A stretch of 64,000 nucleotides of DNA from an uncultured Verrucomicrobiae bacterium (GCA_963828525.1 CAWHEP010000009.1:288001-352000), one strand, 5' to 3'; numbered from the stretch's first letter, positions 26,645 to 37,470 are shown. Translations and numbers: made by a program. Notes: generated by a model from the letters alone, not told the origin.

Positions 26645-27815
26645 TTGGACGCTGTTCAGCGCAGAACTCCTCGATCCTTTTCATTGCGACCTTGATCTGA
26701 TCCAAGCCTGTCGCGTAGCTGCAACGCACAAATCCTTCCCCACTCGGTCCGAATGCGCCTCCTGGCACCACCGCCACCTTTTTCTCTCGCAGCAACCGCA
26801 GGGAAAACTCTCCACTGGTCAGCCCCGTTCTTGCAATCTTGGGAAAGACATAAAACGCCCCCAAGGGCTTGAAGCATTCCAGCCCCATATCGTTAAGGCT
26901 GCGCACGATGAAGTTGCGGCGGAGTTCATACTCTCGGCGCATTGAAGTAATATCACGTTCGCCACATTCGAGCGCTTCGATGGCCGCGTCCTGAGAAGTA
27001 ATGCTCGCGCATAAAATGCCATATTGGTGAATCTTCATCATGGCCTCTATCAGGATCGCTGGCGCGCACGCGTAGCCTATTCGGAAGCCGGTCATCGCGA
27101 ACGCCTTTGAGAACCCATGGAGAAGGATGACGCGCTCCCTCATCCCAGGCAGCGCCGCGATAGATACGTGGTCTGTTCCGTCGTAGGTCAGTTCGCTGTA
27201 GATCTCATCCGAAAGGACAACCAGGTCGTGCCGAACGCAAAGCGCCGCGATTTTTTCCAACTCGGCGCGGGTCTGGGTGGCCCCGGTAGGATTCGTGGGA
27301 AAGTTCAGGAGCAATACCTTCGAGGCTGGCGTGATTCGTTTTTCAAGTTCCTCCGCTGTAAGTTGAAAGTTTTCGCGCGCGGAAGTGGATACAGCAACGG
27401 GGATGCCATGGGCCAGCACTATGCTCGGGCTATACGAGACATAGCACGGTTCGTGATAGAGGACTTCATCTCCGGGATTGACGAGGGCGCGGAGCGCCAG
27501 GTCTATGGCTTCGGACACACCCACAGTCACGATCACCTCCGTCAGCGGCTCGTAGCCGACTTTAAAAAACTTGCCGACGTAGCCCGCTATCGCCTCCCGA
27601 AGCTTCGGAAGACCCAAGTTGGATGTGTAGCCCGTGCGGCCTTTTTCCAAGGAGTAGATGGCGGCTTCCCGGATATGCCACGGCGTGTCGAAATCAGGCT
27701 CGCCGATGCCAAGAGAGATGACGTCGCTCATCGTCTGCACAACCTCAAAGAAGTCGCGAATGCCGGATCGGGGAATTCCGCGCACATGTTCGGCAACATG
27801 TTTTTTCAGATTCAT
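26628..27815 (-). CDS. PLP-dependent aminotransferase class I/II
   Basis: LGIGEPDF, NFPTNPTG, SDEIY and GFSKAFAMTGFRIG. Confidence 0.93.
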   Translation of the reverse strand: MNLKKHVAEHVRGIPRSGIRDFFEVVQTMSDVISLGIGEPDFDTPWHIREAAIYSLEKGRTGYTSNLGLPKLREAIAGYVGKFFKVGYEPLTEVIVTVGVSEAIDLALRALVNPGDEVLYHEPCYVSYSPSIVLAHGIPVAVSTSARENFQLTAEELEKRITPASKVLLLNFPTNPTGATQTRAELEKIAALCVRHDLVVLSDEIYSELTYDGTDHVSIAALPGMRERVILLHGFSKAFAMTGFRIGYACAPAILIEAMMKIHQYGILCASITSQDAAIEALECGERDITSMRREYELRRNFIVRSLNDMGLECFKPLGAFYVFPKIARTGLTSGEFSLRLLREKKVAVVPGGAFGPSGEGFVRCSYATGLDQIKVAMKRIEEFCAEQRPSGSHE

Positions 27816-27880
27816 AGGTATCGAGGGAGGATCAACTTACTCCGAAAAGGGCCGAGGGAAAGCTCTTCAGGCCGGTCACC

Positions 27881-28360
27881 TCACGGACTGACCGCAAGCC
27901 TTTTTTCCCGCTCTTCGCGCTGGAGCAGGGATCCATTCTCCTTATAGGCCTTCAGGCGGAAATGCGTGGCCGTGGAAAGAACTCCCTTAATCGTGCTCAA
28001 TTTCTCAGCGATGAAACTGGCAATCGAGTGCAATGTGCGCCCTTCGGCGATCACAAGCAGATCGTACCCGCCACTCATTAGATAACAACTCTGCACCTCT
28101 TCAAACCTGGCGATCCGGCTCGCAAGCCGATCAAACCCGCCGCCCCGCTCCGGGGCAATCTTCACCTCGATAACGGCGGTAACCACCGCGTCTCCGACCT
28201 TCTCTGGGTCAAGCAGGGCGTGGTAGCCAAGTATGACGCCTTCCCGTTCAAAGTCCGTGATCCGCGCGACGACATCCGGCTCATCGAGGTTAAGCTCCCT
28301 CGCAAGATCGCTCGGCGAGGAGCGCGCGTTCTCCTTCAGCAGTCGTAAAATCGGATCCAT
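27881..28360 (-). CDS. Lrp/AsnC family transcriptional regulator
   Basis: MDPILRLLKENAR..DLA...EREGVILGY HTH, and YLMSGGYDL RAM domain. Confidence 0.9.
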   Translation of the reverse strand: MDPILRLLKENARSSPSDLARELNLDEPDVVARITDFEREGVILGYHALLDPEKVGDAVVTAVIEVKIAPERGGGFDRLASRIARFEEVQSCYLMSGGYDLLVIAEGRTLHSIASFIAEKLSTIKGVLSTATHFRLKAYKENGSLLQREEREKRLAVSP

Positions 28361-28419
28361 AGTTGAATGAAAGATTCGTCGCGGGGCGGCAAAACGATGA
28401 CTTTCCAGGCCTTGTCGGA

Positions 28420-29373
28420 CTAAAGTCCCTCGTCCTTCTTCAGGCGCCGCCCGGCAGCCGCCCACTCGTCGTAGAGCTGCCAGCCCCGGCTGAGAAACTG
28501 CTCCGCCTCCGCAAATCGATCCGTCGAACCAAGAACCACCACCGAGATGCGGCGTGGCGTCACAATAAAAGTCTCTCCCTCCTTGCGCGTCTCAGCGCGC
28601 TGCGCGGCTGAAATGATTACGCACCCTCCGGCGCGACTGGTCTGGCCAGTCTTCACGCCGTCCACAGCGTTAATGCCTAGTAGTTCATTCGTATTCTTGA
28701 GCAAGTACTGGGTAGGAGAACCGGCTTCGTGCTCAATCGTGATCGCCCTTTCCTTTTGAGAAACGTAGAAGCGAAAGGAAGCTTTCGACATGGCGTAGCG
28801 TGTGAGTCTCGCCATGTCCGAGGCAGTCGAATACGGAAGCTTGCGTTCGATGCTGTCCAGACCATGAGGATTCAGGAACAGAGTGCGCTCCATATGCAGC
28901 CTCCTCGCCAGAGCGTTCATTTGCGAGACAAACACGACCTGAGGGTCGTTCGCGTGTTCCGACGAAGCGCTTCCACTCAACTCCTGGCCGACATAATCCG
29001 CAAGGGTGAGAGCCGCTATGTTGTCGGACTGCAACAGAGCAGCATACAGCAGGCTGCGAAGGCTCACCCTGTCACCAGGCTGCAATCCCGTATCCTCCGC
29101 CCCGCGCAGTGTAGACGCGGATTGGGGAACGGTCACCAAGGTTCCGGCATCCCGTTTGGACAGGTCCATCCAATCGAGCACAACCATAGCTGTGGCGATC
29201 TTGGTCAGGCTGGCGATCTGAACTTTGCGAGTGGCATTCGACGCCTCCAGCACATGCCCGCTAATGGCATCGCTGATCTCGTAGGCATCGGCTGCCAATA
29301 CTCTGGCGTGATCGCAATGAAACGCGAGGAGTAGCGATGCTGAAAGCAAAATTCCGGGACGTAAGCGGCTCAT
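28420..29373 (-). CDS. D-alanyl-D-alanine carboxypeptidase (peptidase S11)
   Basis: Signal peptide; SxxK (ASLTK), SDN, NPHGL and KTG. Confidence 0.9.
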   Translation of the reverse strand: MSRLRPGILLSASLLLAFHCDHARVLAADAYEISDAISGHVLEASNATRKVQIASLTKIATAMVVLDWMDLSKRDAGTLVTVPQSASTLRGAEDTGLQPGDRVSLRSLLYAALLQSDNIAALTLADYVGQELSGSASSEHANDPQVVFVSQMNALARRLHMERTLFLNPHGLDSIERKLPYSTASDMARLTRYAMSKASFRFYVSQKERAITIEHEAGSPTQYLLKNTNELLGINAVDGVKTGQTSRAGGCVIISAAQRAETRKEGETFIVTPRRISVVVLGSTDRFAEAEQFLSRGWQLYDEWAAAGRRLKKDEGL

Positions 29374-29797
29374 TGGGAGGGCGGGAGTCTATTGATCCCT
29401 GCTCGAAATGGCAAGAACAACCGCGAGTTAGTTTTCCGAGGGCGCCACGCCACGCGATCTCGTGAAGGCCCTTCCGAAAGACGCCCAGTCCACAGTGCCA
29501 CGGCTCTCCGGCACAGCTACAGGGATATTACTACTCGAACTCAGAGTCCGGGCGCAAAGAGGCAGTCAGAATTTCCTCGGCTACTATCCCGCCTCTCGTG
29601 TAGTGGTTGCCAGCCTGATTCTTCCAGATTTCCTTCGACGCCCATGTTTCCCCCTGACCCGAGGCGCTGGCAGCATAGTCACCGATAAGATTCGTCTCAA
29701 GTTCAGGTGACATGGTTGTAACCCGAACTAATTGTAATTTACCGGACGGCGCGATGCGGCAATCGCGAAGAACTTCCGCGCTGGGTTTCGAACCCGT

Positions 29798-30460
29798 CTA
29801 CCTGATCGTTGGGGAGGTGCGGGACCCGTAGGCGTGGGGATCCGTGCTCAGCGCCATCATCACGCGCTCCGCGGCGTTCCGGAAATCGAAAGCAGCGGCG
29901 TCGCCCAAGCCTGGAGCGGTGACCGAGCCGTGGAACCCCGTCCAATTGCTCCCGCCATCGAGATCAAACTCATAAAGCACATTCCCGCGTTTCGCGTACG
30001 AGGTTTCAGTTTCATCCTTCGCGTCCTTGCCATCAACGGCGGCCTGACGCGCGCCAGCGTCCGTGATTCTCACGTGAATTTTGACATGCGACTTGCCAAG
30101 GGGTCCAAGGGAAAGCGCCCGTAACGCGCGCTTTCCGCCGTTCACCTCGTCGAACGTGCCCTCCACCAGCCAGCCAGTCCGCGGCACTTCATTGTCCTTA
30201 AGAACCATGGCGGGCGCAATCATCTCCATCTCCTCCTTCAAATCCTCGGCGAATTGCGCTGGCGCGAGGGAGCGGCGAATGGGGCGTTCGCCCCGGTTGC
30301 TGTGATCGCCGATGAATTCCGCCTGACTGATGTCAAACGGACGGATGTAAATCGCAGCGGGGTGAGTCGCTCCGGAGGCGACAGATGTATGTGAAACGTG
30401 GACTCCCGCGCAGGAAGTCACAACGAGCGCAAGGCAAGGGGCAAAGAGGCGTATTTTCAT
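29798..30460 (-). CDS. Lipoprotein, DUF4410-like
   Basis: Lipobox LVVTSC; IYIRPF and WLVEG.F..V.GG.RALR pattern. Confidence 0.6.
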   Translation of the reverse strand: MKIRLFAPCLALVVTSCAGVHVSHTSVASGATHPAAIYIRPFDISQAEFIGDHSNRGERPIRRSLAPAQFAEDLKEEMEMIAPAMVLKDNEVPRTGWLVEGTFDEVNGGKRALRALSLGPLGKSHVKIHVRITDAGARQAAVDGKDAKDETETSYAKRGNVLYEFDLDGGSNWTGFHGSVTAPGLGDAAAFDFRNAAERVMMALSTDPHAYGSRTSPTIR

Positions 30461-30490
30461 ATGGTGGAAGGGTTAGACTTCTCTCCATAG

Positions 30491-30507
30491 TGCAAGAAGT
30501 GTGCCCC
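30491..30507 (-). promoter_or_regulatory. Putative sigma54 (-24/-12) promoter
   Basis: Minus strand GGGGCACACTTCTTGCA matches TGGCAC-N5-TTGCA with exact GG-N10-GC spacing, 30 nt upstream of the lipoprotein ATG. Confidence 0.6.
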
Positions 30508-30516
30508 GCTATGCTC

Positions 30517-30990
30517 TCACAACGACAGATTTAGAAGCGGGGCGCTGGATGGACTCCAGGGGTTGACTCGAAATTCCTGAGACGCAATCTCTTGAGCAGT
30601 AAAGAGGCAGTCCGCGGAGAGGGTTTCGACATCGAGCCACATGTAGGCTGGGCGGAACGGTTCCAGATTCTTGGCGGCCAGTCGCAAGAGCCGCTCCGCG
30701 GGCCGCAGGCGGCGACCATCCTTAGGGTGATCCGGGCGGCCGAACTGCTTTTGCATGTGGACGTACGCTCCTGCGACCTGAATAAGACCTTTGAAAAAAC
30801 GGTGGTCATCAGACAGTGTCCTCAGCCAGAGATCCTCCAGAACGTCGTGAGCTTCGTAATATTGCCGCGCGTTGAAACACTCGAAGAACCCGGCGTAGTG
30901 AGGATCAATCTCATTCCGCGCGCCGGGATCCTGCTGCCTCACAAACGCGGCGATGCGTTCTTGCTTCCTCATAGCAATGAAATTTTCCAT
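30517..30990 (-). CDS. DUF309 family protein
   Basis: FNARQYYEAHDVLEDLW...FFKGLIQVA..H. Confidence 0.85.
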   Translation of the reverse strand: MENFIAMRKQERIAAFVRQQDPGARNEIDPHYAGFFECFNARQYYEAHDVLEDLWLRTLSDDHRFFKGLIQVAGAYVHMQKQFGRPDHPKDGRRLRPAERLLRLAAKNLEPFRPAYMWLDVETLSADCLFTAQEIASQEFRVNPWSPSSAPLLNLSL

Positions 30991-31118
30991 TCCAAGACGA
31001 GTGTCGAGGACATATTAAAAGTTTGTGAGACTTACGAATTACAAGAGAGCATTAGCGCTTCAGGGGTTCTCGCATAACAGCGCGCGGCATTCCGGCGGCG
31101 CCTTCGAACGATCACACT

Positions 31119-32393
31119 ATGTCTAGAGCGATCGTCGTCGCGGGAAGCCTGCTTCTCTGCGTCACGCTCGCCATCGCTTCGGCTCTATTTTCTGGAGTGG
31201 AAGCGGCGCTGCTCTCCCTCAAGTCATTTCATATCCAGCGTCTGAAGGGCAAAGATGAGAAGCTGGCGGCATCCATCGAAATTTTGATGAAAGAACCTCG
31301 GACAGTGGTGAGCGCGTCGCTGATCGGAGGGGCAATCACAAATTTGCCGCTGCTGGCTCTGGGCATTTTCCTGATGCGCGAGGTGCTTCCTCGACTGCTG
31401 CCCTTCCCCCTGGAAGCCCTGATTTTTTTCACCGTCCTCGTTCTATTTTGCGAGTTCATTCCCAAACTGATTGCGTTGGGAGACCCTTGCCGTTTCGCGC
31501 GCGTGGGCGTTTTCACGCTTCCGCGGATGCTTCCCATTTTTGAACCGATTTCGCGCCTCCTCCAAAGATGCAGCGAGGAAATCGCGGAATGGATCATACC
31601 AAGGAGAACTGAACCCCACCGTCCGCTCTCGGCGCAGGAATTCGAAACTCTCTCTCAACTCGCCGTCGAAGAAGGCGCGCTCCTGCCCGTGGAGGGTGGG
31701 ATGATTCAAGAAATCATCAAACTCGGAGAAAAGACGGCGAGAGACTGCATGACGCCGAGGACTGACGCGTTTGCGGTTCCAGACGACCTTACCAACGAGG
31801 AGATCATTCCGATGCTGCAGAGAGAACGCCATCGCCGTGTCCCTGTGTATGATGAAACTCCAGACAACATCATCGGCATCATTGATGTCGCCGCTTTTCT
31901 TTCCGGTGATTCCGAGCACTACACCGAAAGCATGATTCCCCCTTCGTTTGTCTCAGAGACGATGAAGGCGCTCGATCTTCTGCGCAGCTTCCTGACTCAT
32001 CCGCAGGGGCTGGCCATCATCGTAGACGAATACGGAGGAACTGAAGGAATCGTGACGATGGCCGACATAATGAAGGAGATCTTTGGGGATGCAGCGCCTG
32101 ACGAGGAATCAGAACTGTACATCGAAAAAATCGAAGAGAAGCAGTTACTTGTGAGCGGGAATGCGCGCCTGGACGATTTAGGCGAACGTCTGGGAATCAA
32201 TCTTGAAGAAGAAGGCATTGATACGATCGGCGGAATGGTATTCAACCACTTGGGTTACCTCCCGAAGCCCGGTTCTGACATCGTGTTACGCGGGCTGTCG
32301 ATCCACGTGCGGAGCGCTTCGAAAAAACGATTGAGCGAATTGGTCGTATCGCTGGAGGCGCCCGGAAAAAGCGCTAAGGAAGACCCTGCATGA
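31119..32393 (+). CDS. CNNM/DUF21-CBS-CorC (hemolysin family) membrane protein
   Basis: SALFSGVEAA, EFIPK, MTPR, IVDEYGG and DTIGG. Confidence 0.9.
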   Translation: MSRAIVVAGSLLLCVTLAIASALFSGVEAALLSLKSFHIQRLKGKDEKLAASIEILMKEPRTVVSASLIGGAITNLPLLALGIFLMREVLPRLLPFPLEALIFFTVLVLFCEFIPKLIALGDPCRFARVGVFTLPRMLPIFEPISRLLQRCSEEIAEWIIPRRTEPHRPLSAQEFETLSQLAVEEGALLPVEGGMIQEIIKLGEKTARDCMTPRTDAFAVPDDLTNEEIIPMLQRERHRRVPVYDETPDNIIGIIDVAAFLSGDSEHYTESMIPPSFVSETMKALDLLRSFLTHPQGLAIIVDEYGGTEGIVTMADIMKEIFGDAAPDEESELYIEKIEEKQLLVSGNARLDDLGERLGINLEEEGIDTIGGMVFNHLGYLPKPGSDIVLRGLSIHVRSASKKRLSELVVSLEAPGKSAKEDPA

Positions 32394-33334
32394 TCTGGAT
32401 CGCAATCCTCCTGGCGCTCCTGTGCTCCTTTGTTTTTTCGGGGATAGAAGCAGGTATTTTATCGGTGAGCAGGGTGCGCCTCCGCCACAGGATCGACGCG
32501 GGAGACGCGGCAGCCGCAAGACTTGAGAGCCTCCTGCACGATCCGGCGCGGTTGTTAATGACAGTCCTTATAGTGACTAATCTCACGAACGTTTCCGCCT
32601 TTATCCTGGGGACGGGGGAGATCGTCTCGCGCCTCGGCCTCCCGGGGTATGCGGTGTCGTTGGCAATAGCCCTGCCTCTTTACCTCCTCGCGCTCGAGAT
32701 GTTGCCGAAATCCATCTTTCGGCGTTTTCCCTATCGGGCGCTTGCCGCGTTATCAGAACCTCTGCGCCTGGCAGATATAATTCTATCCCCGTTTGTAGGG
32801 GCGGGACGCGAGCTATCGCGTCTTCTTCTCCGCAGAAACAGCGCTCAAAGAGAGGGTATTCTCATCCGCGACGACTTCAAGTTTCTCACACTCGAAAGCG
32901 AGCGGATCGGCAATCTTACAAAGATTCAACGTGAGATAATCCACAACCTCGTGGACTTCCAGCTTCTCACCGCGAAGGAATTGATGCAGCCCATTTCGCC
33001 GGGGCGAATTCTCTCCGCGTCCGCCAGTATAGAGAAGGCCATAAGGCAGGCCCGGGAGTCGGGCTTCGAGCGGCTGCCTGTGGCCGCTGATGGTGGAAAG
33101 GTTGTCGGCATGGTAAGACCGTTCGAAATCCTGATGGAACGTCCCACCACGAAAAGCCTGGCCTCTTTCACTCAACGAATCCTTGCTGTCGGCGTCGACG
33201 AATCGGCTCAGGCTATTCTCGGTAAGATGCGAGCGCTTCGCGCGGAGATGGCGCTCGTCGTAACGAACGAGGCGATGCCCACCGGGGTGATTTCGATGAA
33301 TGACATCGCGCGGCGACTCGCGAGCGCGCGATGA
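32390..33334 (+). CDS. Second CNNM/DUF21-CBS protein (no CorC domain)
   Basis: SFVFSGIEAG, EMLPK and CBS pair (SGFERLPV); ATGA overlap with the upstream paralogue. Confidence 0.8.
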   Translation: MIWIAILLALLCSFVFSGIEAGILSVSRVRLRHRIDAGDAAAARLESLLHDPARLLMTVLIVTNLTNVSAFILGTGEIVSRLGLPGYAVSLAIALPLYLLALEMLPKSIFRRFPYRALAALSEPLRLADIILSPFVGAGRELSRLLLRRNSAQREGILIRDDFKFLTLESERIGNLTKIQREIIHNLVDFQLLTAKELMQPISPGRILSASASIEKAIRQARESGFERLPVAADGGKVVGMVRPFEILMERPTTKSLASFTQRILAVGVDESAQAILGKMRALRAEMALVVTNEAMPTGVISMNDIARRLASAR

Positions 33335-33372
33335 ATACCGCGAAGTCTCCGACAGACTTACCAGGCGGTAAA

Positions 33373-33708
33373 TCATTTGGAGGAAAAAGTCCGCGTCGTG
33401 AGCATCGGCCGCGGAGCGAACGTCCGGGTGATCTCCACATTCGGGGCGGACACCGTAACCAGTCTGCCGTTCGGGTAATCGACCTCTGAAGGAGGGTCGA
33501 AGGAGCGATGTTCCAGCGCCATGAAGTGATAGCCCTCAATGTCATGGGAAACTCGCCCGTAGCTTATCCAGGTCGCAATCAGGTTGCCCCTTAAATCCGT
33601 CTCCACCACAGAGTAGTAGCGGCGGGGAGCTGAAGATTCATCTTCGCACGATGCCATGAAAACGACGGCCAGCAGGCACAGGCAGCGGCTGGATTGGAAC
33701 CACTTCAT
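33373..33708 (-). CDS. Hypothetical lipoprotein
   Basis: Lipobox-like LAVVFMASC; lies directly downstream of ftsZ. Confidence 0.55.
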   Translation of the reverse strand: MKWFQSSRCLCLLAVVFMASCEDESSAPRRYYSVVETDLRGNLIATWISYGRVSHDIEGYHFMALEHRSFDPPSEVDYPNGRLVTVSAPNVEITRTFAPRPMLTTRTFSSK

Positions 33709-33721
33709 TGCCTCGCCCGCG

Positions 33722-35138
33722 TCACTTTATACGCACGTTGCGCCTCAGGAATGTTGGTACATCCAGATCCTCCCCATCTATGATGGTTGGCTCGGTCTTC
33801 TCAAAGCGCCCACGGGTTACCGGCTCGAACTGGAGTGTCTCCTGTCGCTCGACCGACTTCTGCGAGAGAGCGCCGGGCTGGACAGGCGGCAGCGCTTTCG
33901 CCCCGCTTTTCGCGCGAGAAGCCACGGGTTCCGTTGGCGGAATGACAGGTGGCGCCGCGGCTATGTGCAATACCGACTGCTCGGGGAAAGAATCGCTCGC
34001 CGGAGCGCGAGAGGCAGCCACCTCCTCCTCGTCCGCGGAAGCCACTTCGGGTTCCTGCTCTTGATCAGGAACAATGCTCGGAGGGGATTCAACCCGTCGG
34101 GGGGCCGCCACAGGCGGTTCATAACTCACCACTTTTCCACCCGTGGACGCCGCGAAGCCGGCCTCCTCCGCCTGAACCGAGCTGATTATCGTCACGCCCA
34201 TGCGGCTGCTCATCTTCGGGTCAACAGTCGCGCCGAAAAGAATTTGTGTGTGTTCACCGATGTGATGCGCAAGCTCATCCATCATCACCTGCACTTCATT
34301 CAACGTCAGATCCTGGCCGCCACACACATTCACCAGGACGTTCGTGGCCGAGGATAACATGCGACCGCGATCCATCAGCGGATTTTTCAGGGCTTTCGTG
34401 AGAGCCTCATGGGCGCGGTTGTCGCCCTCTGCTTCTCCGAAACCGAAAACGCACCGGGAGTTATTGTTCCGCAAAGCCGCCGCAAGCTCATCGAAGCCTA
34501 TATGGATGAGTCCCGAACGCCTCACGAGTCCGCACACGGCCTTGATACTTTGGCCGATCGTCTGGTCAGCATTCGCAAACGCCTGGTGAATGCCCGCTTT
34601 TGATGAAAGGGGCTCGCCCATACGGTCGTTGTCGAAACATATCACCACGTCGGCCGATTTTTGCAGCGCAACAAGCGCGTCCTCCGCCTGGAGGCGGCGT
34701 CGCTTGCCTTCGAAACCGAAGGGCATCGTGACAAATACAACCACCAGGGAGCCGTGCTCCCTCGCCAGACTTGCAACCATGGCAGCGGAATCCAGAGCCG
34801 GTGCCTCCGCCCAGTCCGGCGCAGATGAAGACCATGCTTCCGCCTTCGAGCACCTGACGGATTTCCTCCATCGCTTCGTCAGCGGCCGCGAGACCCACTT
34901 CAGGATCACCTCCTGTGCCAAGCCCGCGCGCGGTCCTGCGTCCCAATTGAACCTTCTCCCGCGCGACAGAACTGGTGAGCGACTGCACGTCCGTGTTCAT
35001 GGCGACAATCTCCACGTCGCCAATGCCGTCCAGAAGGAGCCGATCGAGCACATTCGAACCCGCTCCGCCGAGCCCAACGATCTTGATTCTGAAATCCATT
35101 CCGGCAGTGGGATCCGGCTGGCGATGCAATTCAATCAT
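33722..35138 (-). CDS. ftsZ: Cell division protein FtsZ (frameshift near 34790)
   Basis: IVGLGGAGSN, NTD, GLGTGGDPEVG and tubulin motif GLGGGTGSG; then PFGFEG, long linker and C-terminal DLDVPTFLRR. One extra base splits the ORF. Confidence 0.95.
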
Positions 35139-35150
35139 GACGGGCAACGT

Positions 35151-36365
35151 TTACCAGAGTCCGAAGAATCCCGGGAGTTTTTTTCGAAACTTTGACAGCC
35201 ATCCACCCGGGCGCTCGGATCGCAATGCCTGCGCATACTTGATCAACCCTATAGCGGTGGAAAATTGTGGATTCTCAAACGCCGAGGTCAGGCCCGACAT
35301 GGTTTGGGCGTGTGTGACGTGGACGGGCATTCCAAAAACGTCCGACGTCAGGTGATTAACCCCTTTCAGCATGCTGGACCCACCGGTGAGAAAAATTCCC
35401 GCCCCCAGAAAGTCGAGGTAGTTCTCTTTTTCGAGAGCGCGTTTCAACAACTCCATCGTCTCACGAACACGGACATGAATAATCGTGTTCAGAGTTTCCC
35501 TTTCAATCTCCTTCCCCGCGAATCCGCACTCGTCTTTAAGCATGATGGTCTCTCCAGGAAGACAATTCCCCAAGGTTACGCTCCCTTCATCCACTTTAAG
35601 CTTCTCAGCTTTCGCCATCGGAATCCGCAGGCCCGTCGAAATGTCCTGTGTGATGTGATCGCCCCCCACAGCAAGCACGCCGCTCTGCTTCACAGCGCCG
35701 TCCACGTAAACGATATAGTCGCTGACGCCGCCGCCTATATCGATCATCAGAGCTCCCAGATTCTTTTGATCCTGGGTTAAAACCACCTGCGCGGCGGCAA
35801 GCCCATTGAATGCGACATCCTCGACTTCCAAGGGGATCTCTTTGACGCAGCGGATGGTGTTCTTGATCCGCGTCAGCGCTCCATGAATGATATGGAAGTC
35901 GGCTTCCAGTTTCCTCCCAATCATTCCAATGGGATTCAGCACTCCGTCCCTTCCATCCACATAGTAATGCTGCAACACCGAGTGAACGAATGTATTCTCG
36001 GGTGGCAGGCTGACTTCCCTCGCGTTTATTCTCACCTGCTCAAAATCAGCCTCTTCGATCTCATCGTGATCTTCGGAAATGGCAACCAGGCCGCGGTTGT
36101 TGAAGCTTGAAATGTGCGACCCGGTAATGCCGAGATAGACGCTGCGGATCATGACATCGCTCTTATCCTCAGCATCCACAATCGCGTCATGCACACATTT
36201 GCTGGCGGTCTCGAAATCAACGATCTCGCCCTTCCGAACTCCCCGGGACGGAGCCTGACCAACCCCGAGGACTTTGATGGACCCGTCTGGCTTTGACTCG
36301 CCAACGACGACGCACACTTTGGAAGTGCCTATCTCCAATCCTACAATGATGCGTTCCTTACTCAT
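35151..36365 (-). CDS. ftsA: Cell division protein FtsA
   Basis: VGLEIGTSKV, SRGVRKGEI, IDIGGG, GGDHIT.D, AEKLK and LTGG. Confidence 0.95.
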   Translation of the reverse strand: MSKERIIVGLEIGTSKVCVVVGESKPDGSIKVLGVGQAPSRGVRKGEIVDFETASKCVHDAIVDAEDKSDVMIRSVYLGITGSHISSFNNRGLVAISEDHDEIEEADFEQVRINAREVSLPPENTFVHSVLQHYYVDGRDGVLNPIGMIGRKLEADFHIIHGALTRIKNTIRCVKEIPLEVEDVAFNGLAAAQVVLTQDQKNLGALMIDIGGGVSDYIVYVDGAVKQSGVLAVGGDHITQDISTGLRIPMAKAEKLKVDEGSVTLGNCLPGETIMLKDECGFAGKEIERETLNTIIHVRVRETMELLKRALEKENYLDFLGAGIFLTGGSSMLKGVNHLTSDVFGMPVHVTHAQTMSGLTSAFENPQFSTAIGLIKYAQALRSERPGGWLSKFRKKLPGFFGLW

Positions 36366-37470
36366 CAGAGCTGTTTGTCTTTCTGCTGGAGACGGATTGA
36401 GGTTTATGAAAACCCGGCAGGCTGGCCTCCTTCTGACGTGTCAACGGAAGAGCCTTGCGCGCGGGAACAGGCGCCTTTTTCTTCACAATGCTTGCTCCGA
36501 GCGCAATTGCATTTGAAGGCGTCGAAGATTGCGGCACAGGCGCGCCCGCGTTTGCCAGTTCCTCAACGGGTTCGACGAATGTCACGGGCACATTGCGCTG
36601 CACCATCAGGTTCACCGTCTGAAGTTCTCGTTTGCTGTCCTCGACTTTGTCGAGCACAACGCCAAGCCGATCCAACTGCCAGTCAAGCCGGTCGAACCCG
36701 AACGTCACATGAGCGCGACTCTGATCGGTGACAACCATGCAATAGCCCTTCGAAAGGTCGATGCTTCTTACCTGAAAGCGCGTCTGGACCGCGTTATCCT
36801 CGTCCAGTCGCACCAGGTCGAGCGCAGCTCGAACCGCGAAGTCATCGATCGTTTCTCCCGCTTGCAAGTTGTCCATGCCAGTCACCCCGCAAATCACGGG
36901 AAGGTGACGGTAGTCAGGCAGAAGATTCTTCGCTTTCATCAACATCCCCTGTTTGTCAACCAGGAATGAGTTCGGAGAGCTGGATGGATCCTCATCGTCC
37001 CTGCTCGCGATCCAGGCGATTGGTTTCCGCTCGTTAATGGTGATGGCGATTCGCGCGGGCAACACTCGCTCAAGCTCAGCATGCTCAACCTGAGAAAGCT
37101 TCAGCAGGCTCTCGCGGGCCCTGGGAAGGTTTATCGAGAATATATTTTGGCCCTCCTTAATGCCCGCCGCCTTCAATACCTGGTCGCGCGATAACACTCC
37201 ACCGTCATCTGTGAACTGAATGTCCGTAAGGCGATAATCGGGATTTTCCCACACGAACCTTCTTAAGCCTTCTCTCGCCCCGTAGAATATACCCGCTGCC
37301 ACGCTGACCGTCAGCATTACCTTGCACAGACCGGTGATGACGGCTTGCACTCGCTGCTGCGAGGCTTTGCGAGAGCGCACTTTCACATCCAGCAGGTGCT
37401 GTTGTTTCCGTTTTCGCGGAGTGGACGCCCGTACATTCCGCGCGGGCGCCCTGGAATTTTGCCTCATCAT
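36358..37470 (-). CDS. ftsQ: Cell division protein FtsQ/DivIB
   Basis: TM plus POTRA (GQNIFSINL...VEHAELERVLP..I.INERKPIA); located between ddl and ftsA. Confidence 0.85.
   Translation of the reverse strand: MMRQNSRAPARNVRASTPRKRKQQHLLDVKVRSRKASQQRVQAVITGLCKVMLTVSVAAGIFYGAREGLRRFVWENPDYRLTDIQFTDDGGVLSRDQVLKAAGIKEGQNIFSINLPRARESLLKLSQVEHAELERVLPARIAITINERKPIAWIASRDDEDPSSSPNSFLVDKQGMLMKAKNLLPDYRHLPVICGVTGMDNLQAGETIDDFAVRAALDLVRLDEDNAVQTRFQVRSIDLSKGYCMVVTDQSRAHVTFGFDRLDWQLDRLGVVLDKVEDSKRELQTVNLMVQRNVPVTFVEPVEELANAGAPVPQSSTPSNAIALGASIVKKKAPVPARKALPLTRQKEASLPGFHKPQSVSSRKTNSSDE

Noticed and set aside
29783..29796. GGGTTCGAAACCC (minus strand) resembling a tRNA T-arm
   Set aside because: Only a 3-bp stem, with no acceptor, D or anticodon arms around it.
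33722..35147. ftsZ (and likewise murF, trpB) as true pseudogenes or programmed frameshifts
   Set aside because: Both halves are otherwise intact, and similar indels recur across the window, so sequencing error is more parsimonious.
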